Program-made: the position numbers and the translations under genes | Origin: Treponemataceae bacterium | GTDB taxonomy: Bacteria > Spirochaetota > Spirochaetia > Treponematales > Rectinemataceae | DNA: 64,000 nt | NCBI GenBank assembly: GCA_963678065.2 | Contig: CAXXVZ010000002.1 | Span: 640,001-704,000, forward strand | Reading direction: 5' to 3' | The notes under the pieces: model-generated | Database searches by the model: none | Told to the model about the DNA's origin: nothing | What the model saw: only the letters and a program-made list of their open reading frames with translations | Shown here: one piece after another, positions 35,706-47,221 of the stretch | How the letters are laid out: every line of letters starts with the position of its first letter | How positions within the stretch are numbered: position 1 is the first letter of the stretch

Positions 35706-38462
35706 CTACAGGAGACCCAGCTCGCGGGCGCGGGCCAGGGCCTCCGTGCGCCGCTTCACGTCGAGCTTGTCGAAGATCCTGCGGTTGTGGCCCTTGATCG
35801 TGTCCAGGGCGAGGAAGAGGCGCTCGCCGATTTCCTGGTTCGACAGTCCCTGGCCGATGAGGCCGAGGACTTCGAGTTCGCGCTGGCTCAAGGGCTCGAT
35901 CAGTCCCTGGGAGAGGGGCCGCGGGGTCAAAGGCTCCGGGCTGATGCCTATTGCAGGTGAAAGCATGCCCTTCATTGTCCTTGAAGGGGTTTGGTTTTCA
36001 AAGGCAGCCAGCAATTTGCGAATATACGCATCCATGCCACGCGTTCCGCTTTTGCGCGAGAGGTTCAGCCTTGTCAACAACTCCGCCATGGATGGGCCTT
36101 CGTCCACGAAGATACGGACATAGCCCTCCGGTTCGGCCAGGATCAACGCACGTTCCAGAGATGCGTGCGCGAGAGGAATGTCGCCCTGTGCCTCGAAAGC
36201 GAGCGCCCGCAGCACCAGGATTTCGATCATGCTGCCGATGCGTCCACCTTCTTCCGCCGCTTGCAGGAGACGCTCCAATAGTCCCATTGCCTTGTGGATC
36301 GAGTCATCGGGGTCATTTTTATATCGGGCTATGAGAACTCTTGCCAACGTGATGTGTTCGAACTCATGCAAGTAACTGAGAGCATCGTCAACGGATAGAC
36401 CCCGCTCACGTACCCAGCCCAGGGATTCAGCCTGCTTGCCCTGCGCGACCCAAATCCGCGCTTTCATCGCCGAAATGGGACGCACGACAGGCAAAGGGGA
36501 CCTGATATACAGGCGTTCCGCTTCGTAAAGCAGGTCGAGCGCACCATCCCAGTCTTCCTGGATCCGCTTCATATGAGCTTGCGCGACGCACAGGCGATGC
36601 CGCCAACCCAATAGTTCACCTTGCCCGCCCAATTCCTCGCTTCTCGACAAATGCCCTGCAGCAGATTCAAGATCGCTACGTTCACGGTGCAGCTCACTCA
36701 GTCCCCTGTACAGGTCAGCCGCATCCGGAGGCAGGGGCGCCCCCTGATCCACCGCGAATTGCAGCGACTGCAGAAGCGTGTTTTCCGCCTCCCGGAGATG
36801 ACCTTGGGCCATTCGAATATCAGCCAGAACAAATGCCGTGCCGATCGCGTCCGGGATGTTGCGGGCTGTCCGCAGTTTCGCATTGTAATCGGCGAAAACC
36901 CGGCCGGCTGCTTCCAGGTCTCCATTCGCCCAGCAGGTAATCCCCAGAAGACCCGTTGCCTGCTGGCGCCTGACATAGTCTCCTTCGGGCAGGAGGTCGA
37001 GCGCCCGCCGGGCGTACTTTGCAGTGTCGGGGACATCACCGAGAGATTGGGCCAGATAGGCGCGGGCGGCGGCTATTGTCGCAGGGAGGGACCGGAACTG
37101 CCCTTCGTCCGCGACGACCATCCCGGCCTCGGGGTTTGCGAGCCATTGTTCGGCATCTTTCAATCGAGACTCGACTGCCTCCATCTCGGCGCCTGGCAAC
37201 AATGCATAGGCATACCAGACACTGAGCACCGGGCGGGCGCGTACCAGTTCGTCCGGCAGCGCCCTCACCCAGGCAAGCCACGCGGCGGACTGGGAACTTC
37301 CCTCCATTGCAGGTCCTGCCAGCTCGATCAGGCCTGCCGCCCGTTCAAAATCGTCGGCGGCAAGCGCGTGGGAGATGGCATCGGGCGGCTGGCCGTTCTG
37401 CTCGTACCACTCGCTTGCCCTCCGATGCAGGGTAGATACCCGATCATGCTGCGCCTCGTTCAAGTGCACGTACAGAACGTCGGCGAAAAGGTGGTGATAG
37501 CGATACCACTGGCGCTTGTCATCGAGCGGTACGACGAACAAATTGCCGCGCTCCAAAACTTCCAGCATTTCGCCGCTATCTTTTTGCCCCGTGACGGCAT
37601 CGCAGAGAGGACCGCATAATCCGTCGAGAATGGCCGTTTGCAGCAAGAAGTCGTGCACGCGTTCCGGCTGGCGTTGAAGTACCTCTTCGACGAGATAATC
37701 CAGCACAAACCGGTGGCTGCCGGAGAAAGCCCGGATGAAGCCGGCGGTGTCCGATCGTCCCTGCATGGAGAGCGCCGCCATTTGCAGGCCGGCGATCCAG
37801 CCTTCGGTGCGGTTTTCCAAGGCGGTGATGTCGTCTTCGGAGAGATCAAAACCCATCACCTGATTGAAGAATTTCGCAGCTTCGGAGGTGGTAAAACGCA
37901 AGTCGGCGGCGCGCAGCTCGGTCAATTGGCCACGGACGCGCCACTTGGCCAGAGGCAGGTTCGGGTCCTCCCGGGTGGCGATGACCAGATGCATCTGCGG
38001 CGGCGCGTGCTCCAGAATAAAGGCGATGGCATCGTCGACCGGTTTGGCGTCTATTGCGTGGTAGTCGTCAAGCACGAGGATGAAATCATCCGGCATGGCG
38101 TTCATGTCATTTATGAGGGAGGTCAGAACCGATTCGGTTGGCGTCTGCAAAGGAGATTGGAGTACCGCCAATACTTTTGCTCCAACATCCGCTTTCATCG
38201 TCTGCAAAGCGGCGACGAGGTAGATCAGAAAGCGCGCAAAGTCGCTATCCCCTTCGTCCAGCGACAGCCAGGCGGACGGTCGCTTGCAGCCGGCGATCCA
38301 CTCGCTCGCCAGAGTTGTTTTGCCGAAGCCGGCAGGGGCTGAAATGAGCGTCAGTTTGCGGTGCAGCCCCTCGTTCAGCCTCTCGACAAGGCAGGGGCGG
38401 AGTACTCGTTCAGGCCGATGGGGGGGTGCATAGAGTTTCGTGGCAAGAATCGGCGTAGGCAC
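35706..38462 (-). CDS. MalT-like STAND ATPase-TPR-LuxR regulator
   Basis: GTG start VPTPILATKL; APAGFGKTT, VLDDYH, YRYHHLF; C-terminal LSQRELEVL...GLSNQEI. Confidence 0.92.
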   Translation of the reverse strand: MPTPILATKLYAPPHRPERVLRPCLVERLNEGLHRKLTLISAPAGFGKTTLASEWIAGCKRPSAWLSLDEGDSDFARFLIYLVAALQTMKADVGAKVLAVLQSPLQTPTESVLTSLINDMNAMPDDFILVLDDYHAIDAKPVDDAIAFILEHAPPQMHLVIATREDPNLPLAKWRVRGQLTELRAADLRFTTSEAAKFFNQVMGFDLSEDDITALENRTEGWIAGLQMAALSMQGRSDTAGFIRAFSGSHRFVLDYLVEEVLQRQPERVHDFLLQTAILDGLCGPLCDAVTGQKDSGEMLEVLERGNLFVVPLDDKRQWYRYHHLFADVLYVHLNEAQHDRVSTLHRRASEWYEQNGQPPDAISHALAADDFERAAGLIELAGPAMEGSSQSAAWLAWVRALPDELVRARPVLSVWYAYALLPGAEMEAVESRLKDAEQWLANPEAGMVVADEGQFRSLPATIAAARAYLAQSLGDVPDTAKYARRALDLLPEGDYVRRQQATGLLGITCWANGDLEAAGRVFADYNAKLRTARNIPDAIGTAFVLADIRMAQGHLREAENTLLQSLQFAVDQGAPLPPDAADLYRGLSELHRERSDLESAAGHLSRSEELGGQGELLGWRHRLCVAQAHMKRIQEDWDGALDLLYEAERLYIRSPLPVVRPISAMKARIWVAQGKQAESLGWVRERGLSVDDALSYLHEFEHITLARVLIARYKNDPDDSIHKAMGLLERLLQAAEEGGRIGSMIEILVLRALAFEAQGDIPLAHASLERALILAEPEGYVRIFVDEGPSMAELLTRLNLSRKSGTRGMDAYIRKLLAAFENQTPSRTMKGMLSPAIGISPEPLTPRPLSQGLIEPLSQRELEVLGLIGQGLSNQEIGERLFLALDTIKGHNRRIFDKLDVKRRTEALARARELGLL

Positions 38463-38776
38463 AAGCCGATTATAACTGCAAACACCGATTGCGCAAGTCG
38501 GACGATGCAGGTTGAAGAACGACTTGAAGCCGCTGGATTGGCGCTTCGTGGCAAGGAGGACAGCGAGCGGCTTCTCTGTGGACGAATAGACCGCGGCGAT
38601 CGAAGCCTCTTGTCGTGACGAAAGAATACACGGAGCATCTTTGAAATGGTGAAGACGAACTGGCGGCAGGGCAGCCGCAGCAGGAGTTGCAATTGAAAGG
38701 CCGCCGACAAACATCGCTTTCGTTCTAGGCCGCGCGCGTGTTGACCGCGTAGAAAAGCGGTCCTTATAATGAGTCG

Positions 38777-41407
38777 ATGTCCGAGCCGATACTGGCCACC
38801 AAGCTCCATATTCCTGCGACCCGGCCGAAGGCGGTCCCTCGTCCCCGATTGATCGAGCGGTTGAATGAGGGTCTCCACCACAAACTGACACTCATCTCGG
38901 CTCCTGCCGGTTTCGGCAAGACTACGCTGGTCAGCGAATGGCTTGCCGGCATCAAGCAGCCGGCCGCCTGGCTTTCGCTTGATGAAGGGGATAGCGATCC
39001 GACCCGCTTTATAGCCTATCTGGTCGCCGCTCTGCGGTCGGTCGCGGCAAATATGGGAGAAGGGGTATTGGTCGCTCTCCAGTCCCCTCAATCACAGCCG
39101 TCGGAATCGATCCTGACAGCCCTGCTCAATGAAATCGCCGCCATCCCGGAAACCTTCATCGTCATCCTCGACGATTATCACGTCATAGATGCCAAGCCGG
39201 TCGAGGATGCCCTCGCCTTCCTGCTCGAGCACCTTCCGCCTCGCATGCACCTTGTCATCGCCTCTCGCGAGGATCCCCGGCTCCCCCTGGCCCGCATGCG
39301 AGCCAAAGGGCAGATGGCCGAACTGCGCGCAGCGGACCTGCGCTTCACCCCCGCCGAAACCACCGAGTTCCTCAATCGCATGATGGGGTTGGGCCTCTCG
39401 GCGGGAGACATCGCCGCGCTGGAAACTCGAACGGAGGGTTGGATCACCGGCCTGCAATTGGCTGCGATTTCGATGCGGGGGCATGACGATGCCTCAGGCT
39501 TCATCAGATCGTTCACCGGCAGCCACCGTTTCGTTCTGGATTTCCTGGTGGAGGAAGTCCTGGAACGGCAGCCCGAAAGCGTCCAGACTTTCCTACTGCG
39601 CACGTCGATCCTTGAACGCCTGTGCGGCGCTCTATGCGACGCCGTCCTGCCCGGTTCCTCCGTCACCGGTCAGGCGACTCTGGAATACCTCGAACACGCC
39701 AACCTATTCATCGTTTCCCTCGACGATGAGCGGCGCTGGTATCGCTATCACCATCTTTTCGCGGAATTGCTGAGGCAGCGGCAGCAAAGGGAAACCGCGT
39801 CGACGGCCGAACTGCACGGTCTCGCCAGCCAGTGGTACGAGGACAATGGCCTGGTAATCGATGCGTTCCACCATGCCGCCGCGGCCAACGACATCGAGCG
39901 GGCGGAGCGACTGATCGAAGGAAAGGGGATGCCCCTGTACTTCCGCGGCGCGATGGCTCCTGTCCTTCACTGGCTGGAGTCGCTGCCAGCTCCGGTTCTG
40001 GACGCCAGGCCTTCGCTGTGGGTGACGTATGCCTCGTCGATGATGATGTCCGGCAAACCGAGCAGCGTCGAACGGATATTGCAGGCCGCTGAAGCCGCGC
40101 TCAAAGAGTTCGGTCCGAATGGCAACACGCGGAACCTCGAAGGACACATTGCCGCCCTGCGGGCTTTGTTAGCCGCGGCCCGGTACGATGCGGATACTAT
40201 GATCGCCTACTCGCGCCGCGCGCTTGAGTATCTTCGTCCCGACAACCAGTCCGTCCGCACCATTACTTCCCTGACGCTTGGGTACGCCCATCAGATCCGG
40301 GGGGAGCGCAACGCAGCTGGCCGGGCTTTTGCCGAAGCATTGGATATAGCCCAGGCGTCCGGAAACATGATGGCCGCCGCGGGGGCCGCGTCTTCTCTGG
40401 GCCAAATACAGGAGTCGGAAAACCAGCTCCATTCGGCAGCCGAGACCTATCGACGCCTCCTGCTGATAGTAGGCGATCCAACCCATGTGGTTTCCTGCGA
40501 GGCACACCATGGCCTGGCACGAATATTCTACCAATGGAACGATCTGGATGCCGCCGAGCGGCACGGGCAGCAATGCGCCCGACTGGCGCCGCAGGTGGAA
40601 TGCGATACATCCGTTGCCTGCGAGGTGCTGTTCGCCCGCCTCATGCTTGCGCGGGGAGATCCGGCCGGAGCCGCTGTCTTGTTAGCCAAAGCCGGGGAGA
40701 CCGCCCGCGGGTCGAACTACGTGAACCAGATCCCTCGCATCGCTGCGGCGCAGGTAGATACGCTGCTTCGCCAGGGCAATCCTGCGGCAGCCGCTCTGGT
40801 GTCGCAATCCCATGACATCCCCATGAGCCAAGCCCGGGTCATGCTGGCTCGGGGGGACGCCGCAGCAGCGCTTGCGCTTTTGGAACCGATACGGAGACAT
40901 ATGGATGCAAAGTGCTGGCACGACGAGCGGCTGAAGTTGATGATCATGCAGGCATTGGCGCTCCATACCCGGGGCGATACGGACGACGCCATGCGTCAGT
41001 TGGGCGACGCGCTCGCCCTGGCACAGCCCGGCGGCTTTATCCGCATCTTCGTGGACGAGGGCCCGCGAATGGCCAGCCTGTTGTCCAAAGCGGCCGAGAA
41101 CGGAATCATGCCGGACTATGCGGCACAGTTGCGAACGGCAATAGAGGCCGAGGAGCGGAAGAGCGAAGTCGAATCCGATCCGCATCATTCCCAGGGTCTC
41201 GTGGAGCCATTGACCCGACGGGAGTTGGAAGTATTGCGCCTTGTCGCCCAAGGGCTCTCGAATTACGAGATAAGCGAGCGGCTTTTCCTCGCCCTGAGTA
41301 CGGTGAAAGGGCACAATCTGAAGATTTTCGAAAAGCTGCAGGTGAAAAGGCGCACCAAGGCAATAGCCCGCGCCCGAGAATTGGGCCTGCTGCGGCCAAA
41401 GCGCTAG
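38777..41407 (+). CDS. MalT-like STAND ATPase-TPR-LuxR regulator
   Basis: APAGFGKTT, ILDDYH, LTRRELEVL...GLSNYEI. Confidence 0.93.
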   Translation: MSEPILATKLHIPATRPKAVPRPRLIERLNEGLHHKLTLISAPAGFGKTTLVSEWLAGIKQPAAWLSLDEGDSDPTRFIAYLVAALRSVAANMGEGVLVALQSPQSQPSESILTALLNEIAAIPETFIVILDDYHVIDAKPVEDALAFLLEHLPPRMHLVIASREDPRLPLARMRAKGQMAELRAADLRFTPAETTEFLNRMMGLGLSAGDIAALETRTEGWITGLQLAAISMRGHDDASGFIRSFTGSHRFVLDFLVEEVLERQPESVQTFLLRTSILERLCGALCDAVLPGSSVTGQATLEYLEHANLFIVSLDDERRWYRYHHLFAELLRQRQQRETASTAELHGLASQWYEDNGLVIDAFHHAAAANDIERAERLIEGKGMPLYFRGAMAPVLHWLESLPAPVLDARPSLWVTYASSMMMSGKPSSVERILQAAEAALKEFGPNGNTRNLEGHIAALRALLAAARYDADTMIAYSRRALEYLRPDNQSVRTITSLTLGYAHQIRGERNAAGRAFAEALDIAQASGNMMAAAGAASSLGQIQESENQLHSAAETYRRLLLIVGDPTHVVSCEAHHGLARIFYQWNDLDAAERHGQQCARLAPQVECDTSVACEVLFARLMLARGDPAGAAVLLAKAGETARGSNYVNQIPRIAAAQVDTLLRQGNPAAAALVSQSHDIPMSQARVMLARGDAAAALALLEPIRRHMDAKCWHDERLKLMIMQALALHTRGDTDDAMRQLGDALALAQPGGFIRIFVDEGPRMASLLSKAAENGIMPDYAAQLRTAIEAEERKSEVESDPHHSQGLVEPLTRRELEVLRLVAQGLSNYEISERLFLALSTVKGHNLKIFEKLQVKRRTKAIARARELGLLRPKR

Positions 41408-41491
41408 CGCTTCTTCAAAATCAAAAAACAGTACCTCAATCAATACTTAAGTCTCTAGGTCGTCACTCGGGCGCGCGGTTATTCTCCACAC

Positions 41492-41716
41492 ATGATCTAT
41501 CAAATCAGAATCAAAGGCGTTCTGGATCGTCAGTGGACGGACTGGTTCGACGGCATGGCCATCTCTCCGACGGAAGACGGAGACACCGTGCTAACCGGTC
41601 CGGTCGAGGATCAGGCCGCGCTGCACGGATTGCTGAAAAAAGTGCGCAATGCGGGAATGTCCCTGGTTTCAGTCGCCCCCGTCGAGCCCAACGGGAGGAG
41701 GAAAGAGATGAAATAG
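41492..41716 (+). CDS. conserved small protein, copy 3
   Basis: YQIRIKG..WTDWFDG...DQAALHGLLKKVR. Confidence 0.82.
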   Translation: MIYQIRIKGVLDRQWTDWFDGMAISPTEDGDTVLTGPVEDQAALHGLLKKVRNAGMSLVSVAPVEPNGRRKEMK

Positions 41717-41777
41717 AAATCGCTGTCCGCAAAAATCAGCAGAGCAAACGTTCAAGAATAAACAAGGAGTATATGAG

Positions 41778-42179
41778 ATGACAAACACAAAATCACCGGA
41801 AAGGAATGTATTGCTTTCCACGCTCTGGATCTTCGCGATTCTCAATTACATCTACGCAGATGTTTTCAACCTGTTTTTCAATCCGGCGGCGCATACGGGC
41901 ACGCCCGCGATGACCGCAGGAGCCATCCTGTTCTTCGCGGTTGCGATGGAAACTTCCATCGCAATGGTCATCCTGTCCCGCGTTTTGAAGCACGGGGCCA
42001 ACCGCTGGGCGAACATCGCCGTGGGGATTTTCAATACCGGGCTCGTCGCCTTTTCGCTTATCGCGCAGCGTCCGGAGCCTTTCTATGTGTTCTTCGCCAC
42101 CGTCGAGATCGCATGCACCCTGTTCATTGTCTGGCTGGCCATTCGCTGGAAACCGGCAGTCGAGTCCGCGGTCCGATAA
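41778..42179 (+). CDS. DUF6326-like membrane protein
   Basis: LSTLWIFAILNYIYADV...NRWANI...FATVE. Confidence 0.75.
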   Translation: MTNTKSPERNVLLSTLWIFAILNYIYADVFNLFFNPAAHTGTPAMTAGAILFFAVAMETSIAMVILSRVLKHGANRWANIAVGIFNTGLVAFSLIAQRPEPFYVFFATVEIACTLFIVWLAIRWKPAVESAVR

Positions 42180-42226
42180 GTGCCGGTCGTCAAGCACGAG
42201 GATGAAATCTATTCAGTAGGTGCGCT

Positions 42227-44833
42227 TTACTGAAGAAGACCGAGGGAACGGGCCTTGGCAACCGCCAGTGTCCGGTTTGAAGCATCCAGTTTGGCGAAGA
42301 TGTTGCGGACGTGAACCTTGACGGTGTGCGGGGACAGGAAGAGGCTTTCCGCGACGTTCTGGTTGGACAAACCCTCGGCAAGGAGAAGAAGCACCTCAAG
42401 CTCTCGCTCGCTGAGGAGGTCCTGGCTTTTATGCACCGCCACAACGGGGAAGACAGCCAGGATCCGGTTCGTATACTCCGGGAACTTCCCTCGCCCGTGC
42501 GTCTCCTGAACGAGCCTGCGCATCACAGGCCCCTCGTCGGCAAAAAGGCGCAGGAACTCCCCGGGTTCGGCGAGTTTGAGCGCATCCTCCAAAGCGTCGA
42601 GAGCAATCTCATGGTTTCCGCACGATTCCTGAACGAGGGCGCGAAGAACCAGAGCCCGCAGCCGATCATCCTCCCGGTTTTTCACCTCCGAGGTCCAGGA
42701 ATCCAGAAGCCCGGTCGCCGCCTCAGGCTGTCCCTTTGCCAGAAGGATCCGGATCCGCAGAGGAGGCGGAAGGCCCTCTGATTCCGGGATGCGGCCCATG
42801 CGGAGCGAAAGAAGGGTTCGAGCTGCCTGAATCTCCGGAATCCGGTGCAAAAAGCGGTTCTTCAGCGCGGTTTGCTCGGCAAGGGCCAGACGCTCTTCCG
42901 CCGCTTCCAGGTTTCCCTTTCCCATCTCGACCCTGGCCAGAAAAACCTCGCACGGCACGAAGCGATCGACGGAGCTGTCGTACTGGCGTGCCAAAACAAG
43001 ACCCTGCTCTCCATACGTTCCGGCACTCTCCAGATCGTTCCACTCGTAGTGGATTCGCGCCAGGCCCTGGTAGGCAACGCACATGTTCGGTTGGGGGTGT
43101 TCGCCGGAAATCTGCAGCGCGCGACGGAAAGTCTCCGCCGCCAGGAAAAGCTGGTTGTCATTTTCCTGCAACTCGCCCAAAGCGAGAGCCGAGAGAATTT
43201 GAAAATTGACAACTCCGCCGGAACGGCTGTCCGAAAGAACTTCCTCCAAAATCCGGCGGGCTTCGGCCCGTTCTCCCGCAAAATGGTGCGCGATGCCCAG
43301 ATCCCAGAGCGCCGCCACACGAAATATGGAACTATGGTCGGCAAGAAGTTCCAGGGCCCGTCGTGCGTGAGTCTTCACGTCTTCCACGCGGTATTGGCTG
43401 AGGGCGAGAGTTGCCCGGGCCGTCGATATCTGTCCAAAGAGAAGCCGCTCGCTGTCTTCCTTCCCCCGGAGCGCCGATTCGGCAGCCTGAAGCCGTTCTT
43501 CCACTCCCTTGGTTATCCCGGCAAGGAGAGGAAAGGTCGCTGATTTCACCCAGAGCGAGGGGCGTTCGTTCTTGACCGATTCGGGAAGCTCGGTCAGCCA
43601 GCCGATCACCTCCATCATCGCTCCCCGCGTGTGGGTCGGCATGCGGCGATCTTCGATGAGGGCTTCCGTGCGCGCCGCGTTTCCCGATATGGCCGCATGG
43701 CGGAAGGCTTCGACGATGAAGTCGTTCTGCTCGAACCACAGGCTGGCCCGCGAGTGAATGAGCTCTGGATCGAGGCAGGATGAAGGCACAGAGGTGGCCA
43801 GACGCTGCTGAAGAAGTTCGGCAAAGAGATGGTGGTAACGGTACCAGCGGCGTTCGCCGTCGAGGGGGACCAGAAAAAGATTGGCCCGGTCCAAAGCTTC
43901 CAGGGTCCCCCTGCCGGTGCCGGCGGGCGACTCCAGAACCGCGTCGCACAGTGACCCGCAAAAGCGTCCGAGGCAGGAGGTGACCAGAAGGAATTTCTGG
44001 ACGGCTTCGGATCGCTGGAGGAGGACTTCCTCGACAAGGTAGTCCAGAACGAAGCGATGGCTGCCCGTAAACGAGGCAATGAACTCGGTCCGGGCGCCGT
44101 TCTCTCTGTTCCCCTGGAGCGCCAGGGCCGCGAACTGAAGCCCCGCCGCCCAGCCTTCCGTACGCGCTTCCAGCGCGGCAATGTCGGATTCCGCAAGGCT
44201 GATTTCCATCACTCGGCGGAAAAAATCCCCGACTTCGGCGTATGAAAACTTCAGATCCCTGGCGCGGAGCTCTGTCATCTGACCGCGGGCGCGGTAGCGG
44301 GCCAGAGGGAGTCCCGGGTCTTCGCGGGTGACGAGGACCACGTGGACCCGCGCCGGGAGGTTGTCGATCAAAAAGACGAGGATCTCGTCGACGGAAGGGG
44401 AGTTGATGGTGTGGTAGTCGTCCAGGACCAGGATCAATTTCTTGTCGCTCTCCGCCAGGTCGTTGACCAGCCGGGTGAGAAGAGTTTCCAATGAAGGTGG
44501 TTGGGGAACCTGGAGGGCGCCCAGCACCCAGGCTCCCAAGCCCGGTTCGGCAGTCTGGAGGGCGGAAACAAGGTATGTGAGAAACCGGGCCGGATCGTTG
44601 TCCTTTTCATCCAGGGAGAGCCAGGCCGCGCGAATGGGGAGGGCGGCAAGCCATTCGCTGACCAGGGAGGTTTTTCCGAAGCCCGGAGGAGCGGAGACCA
44701 GCGTCAGCTTCCGGGAGAATCCGTCCCCCCGCGACAGGTCTTCACTCAGACGCCGGCTCAGTTCCGCTCTTTCGACAGCCTTGACGCGGGGAGGCGGAAC
44801 GAAGAACTTTGTCGCGAGCAAGGTTGCGTTCAT
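42227..44833 (-). CDS. MalT-like STAND ATPase-TPR-LuxR regulator
   Basis: [24 protein letters not shown]...GLSNQNV. Confidence 0.93.
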   Translation of the reverse strand: MNATLLATKFFVPPPRVKAVERAELSRRLSEDLSRGDGFSRKLTLVSAPPGFGKTSLVSEWLAALPIRAAWLSLDEKDNDPARFLTYLVSALQTAEPGLGAWVLGALQVPQPPSLETLLTRLVNDLAESDKKLILVLDDYHTINSPSVDEILVFLIDNLPARVHVVLVTREDPGLPLARYRARGQMTELRARDLKFSYAEVGDFFRRVMEISLAESDIAALEARTEGWAAGLQFAALALQGNRENGARTEFIASFTGSHRFVLDYLVEEVLLQRSEAVQKFLLVTSCLGRFCGSLCDAVLESPAGTGRGTLEALDRANLFLVPLDGERRWYRYHHLFAELLQQRLATSVPSSCLDPELIHSRASLWFEQNDFIVEAFRHAAISGNAARTEALIEDRRMPTHTRGAMMEVIGWLTELPESVKNERPSLWVKSATFPLLAGITKGVEERLQAAESALRGKEDSERLLFGQISTARATLALSQYRVEDVKTHARRALELLADHSSIFRVAALWDLGIAHHFAGERAEARRILEEVLSDSRSGGVVNFQILSALALGELQENDNQLFLAAETFRRALQISGEHPQPNMCVAYQGLARIHYEWNDLESAGTYGEQGLVLARQYDSSVDRFVPCEVFLARVEMGKGNLEAAEERLALAEQTALKNRFLHRIPEIQAARTLLSLRMGRIPESEGLPPPLRIRILLAKGQPEAATGLLDSWTSEVKNREDDRLRALVLRALVQESCGNHEIALDALEDALKLAEPGEFLRLFADEGPVMRRLVQETHGRGKFPEYTNRILAVFPVVAVHKSQDLLSERELEVLLLLAEGLSNQNVAESLFLSPHTVKVHVRNIFAKLDASNRTLAVAKARSLGLLQ

Positions 44834-44944
44834 GGGCTCGGTTCTCCTGTTCTTGTTTTACTATTCATGTTGCCTGCTTGCATCTTCAGTATCGTGCCAG
44901 TTTGCCGCGTTTGCCATATCCGATTGCTTGTCATTCTTCTTCGA

Positions 44945-45373
44945 TCAATTTCCGCCGTTATGAGCCGGTGTTTTTACTACCTGTATCAATACCACAGCGT
45001 AGCAGGCAAAAACCGCGACAAATGCAATGAGCATTCCAAGCCGGAGCGCCATGACGGCGGAGCCCTGGGGAAATATCAGTTGCATGATCACCCTGACCAT
45101 CCATAAAACACATGTGGCGCCAAGCACGACTATCAAGGAGTACTTGCTGCCCATTTCATCAAAAATCAGGAGTATGTTCATCAAGCCGAATAACACCAGG
45201 CACAATGAAAAAAAAACATTGATTGCCCTGATCGCGATCACCAGCTCCGTGGCCTTGACATCGATATAGGAATACCAGTTCCAGATTGTCGGCACAAAAA
45301 AATGCCATACACCGAAACCGATAGAAACACAGCTCGAAATTACCGCCAAAATTTTATAGAATTTACTGACCAT
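44945..45373 (-). CDS. hypothetical four-TM membrane protein
   Basis: Four hydrophobic segments; start MVSKFYK. Confidence 0.7.
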   Translation of the reverse strand: MVSKFYKILAVISSCVSIGFGVWHFFVPTIWNWYSYIDVKATELVIAIRAINVFFSLCLVLFGLMNILLIFDEMGSKYSLIVVLGATCVLWMVRVIMQLIFPQGSAVMALRLGMLIAFVAVFACYAVVLIQVVKTPAHNGGN

Positions 45374-45375
45374 GT

Positions 45376-46113
45376 TCAAATCCCTCTGCCGGATCGGCGA
45401 TTGTACACTACAGGCATGGCCCATTTCCATTTATTCCAGATATCGTTGTTTATAATCAAGTCCGCCATGAAATGACCCACGTTTATTCTGCTTGTCTTTC
45501 CTGGATTGAACAGTGGACTTCTCGTTGGCGAAGCGCATATTTCATATTCGGAAACATGCGCTTCATGTATCAATGAATCGGGACGCACCGCTGTCCATTC
45601 GATGATTTTGTCATTCGACCCAATAATCGTCCTCAAATACTCCGCGGCCTGTTCATTATCTTTTTGTGGCGGTACCAAATTCCGAATCAGAAAGAGAACA
45701 CATTTTTCCGGCAGTGTTTGTTTTTCATCAAGACTCTTGTTTTTATTGCCTGTCGTATTCATAAGCACATATTTTACGGCTCTTTTGGGATTACTCGCCT
45801 TTATGGCAGCACATAGTTTTTTCGTCGCGTCGGTCACCAGGAAACGCGGTTTCCCGAATATGCCTTTCGGGGTCATATTGTGGCCCAGGCAGGAAGCCAC
45901 GGCATCACAGCCTCGTACATATTTTGCCAGTGTGGCATCGTCAATATCGAGAATGCTCCCTTGCAGTATCGACAATTTCGCTGTTTGCGGAAACTTTTCG
46001 CTGGCTGCTTGAGGATTCCTCACTATTATTTTTACGCAGAGGCCGCGCTCCAGAAGCTGAGATACCAGCAGCTGCCCTGTTGCGCCGCTTGCTCCAACCA
46101 CCAATACTGTCAT
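45376..46113 (-). CDS. NAD(P)H-binding oxidoreductase (atypical SDR)
   Basis: VVGASGATG, WTAVRP. Confidence 0.85.
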   Translation of the reverse strand: MTVLVVGASGATGQLLVSQLLERGLCVKIIVRNPQAASEKFPQTAKLSILQGSILDIDDATLAKYVRGCDAVASCLGHNMTPKGIFGKPRFLVTDATKKLCAAIKASNPKRAVKYVLMNTTGNKNKSLDEKQTLPEKCVLFLIRNLVPPQKDNEQAAEYLRTIIGSNDKIIEWTAVRPDSLIHEAHVSEYEICASPTRSPLFNPGKTSRINVGHFMADLIINNDIWNKWKWAMPVVYNRRSGRGI

Positions 46114-46784
46114 GATTTTTTCCCGCCCGGCCGCCGTACTCCGAAGACCAGAAGCCAAAAGATCATCGCCACTTCGGCCACCGTGACCACGACCATTCCG
46201 GGCATCGTCAGCGCATCATTCCCGGGAAAAACAAGCCCCACGAATGAAACGATCAGGAATCCGAAACAACCTGCCATGAGCAGCACCCCGAGTACTCTCG
46301 GTATGAAACCGGATTTGTAGGCCAGCCAGCCGAAGGGGAAAAGCCACAGCCCCCAGAAGATCGTGGCGATCAGTATTCCCTGATTGTACAATTGCAGAAA
46401 CAGCATTGCCCGGGCCGGATCCTGTTGTGCCGCCATAGCCGTGGCAAACAGACCGAGCACACTCATCATGGCGATGGGAACGCTCACCAGCACCAGTGCC
46501 AGCATTGTTCGGGCCGCGGCCCGGTGGGTATCTCTGAACAAGGCGTAAAGAGCGAGAGCGAGGAACACGAAAACCGTCTCGCCCGCAAGTTCGCCGAAAC
46601 TGCCCATACGGAACAGCACTTCGTTGGCCAGGATATTCCGGACCGTCGTGGCGGCATCGCCGGCAACCACGAGGCTGCCCCGCACGATTTCCGCAAACAT
46701 CCCCAGACACAGAAAAGCAAAATACAGCGCCCCGGCAATTCTGGCGGTCTTTTTTTGGCTCATGTACAAAGTCGCGTCGTTCAT
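46110..46784 (-). CDS. DUF4386-family membrane protein
   Basis: ARIAGALY, GDAATTVRNI, FWGLWL, KSGFIPRVLG. Confidence 0.85.
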   Translation of the reverse strand: MNDATLYMSQKKTARIAGALYFAFLCLGMFAEIVRGSLVVAGDAATTVRNILANEVLFRMGSFGELAGETVFVFLALALYALFRDTHRAAARTMLALVLVSVPIAMMSVLGLFATAMAAQQDPARAMLFLQLYNQGILIATIFWGLWLFPFGWLAYKSGFIPRVLGVLLMAGCFGFLIVSFVGLVFPGNDALTMPGMVVVTVAEVAMIFWLLVFGVRRPGGKKS

Positions 46785-47221
46785 GCCTTCTTCCCCTCAT
46801 TCACGGACATCGCGGAATCGGCGGAAGGCAGTTTCCATGCCATCCACATGATTGCCAGCATGCACAGCACTTCGACGGTGGCTATGAAAATATAGTGGAG
46901 ATACGCCGACCCTCCCCCGATCACAAAAACAATCGTGATCACCCCGGCGACCAGATTCATTACCCGGTTCAGCTTTGGTTTGAGCACCCTGGACAGGAAA
47001 ATCATGGCAATGGGAATTTCGATGAGAACCGCGAAGACAAGGATCAGTACCTGGTTGAGCTGGATACCGCCTGCCGTGCCTGTCATCATTTCCTGTAGCG
47101 CACCCGGGGTGATGAAACTCAGAATGTCCGCGAATGCCATGTTGATCATCACCACGATCCACAGCATCGAGATTTTCACTCTTCCGTCCATGCCGGCCGC
47201 CCGTCTTTTGTCGTTCATCAT
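46781..47221 (-). CDS. DUF6326-like membrane protein
   Basis: [17 protein letters not shown]...IATVE; paralogue of 41778-42179. Confidence 0.75.
   Translation of the reverse strand: MMNDKRRAAGMDGRVKISMLWIVVMINMAFADILSFITPGALQEMMTGTAGGIQLNQVLILVFAVLIEIPIAMIFLSRVLKPKLNRVMNLVAGVITIVFVIGGGSAYLHYIFIATVEVLCMLAIMWMAWKLPSADSAMSVNEGKKA

Noticed and set aside
35706..44833. malT gene symbol or Avs anti-phage assignment
   Set aside because: No maltose regulon context, and the C-terminal LuxR HTH without a toxic effector argues for transcription regulators.
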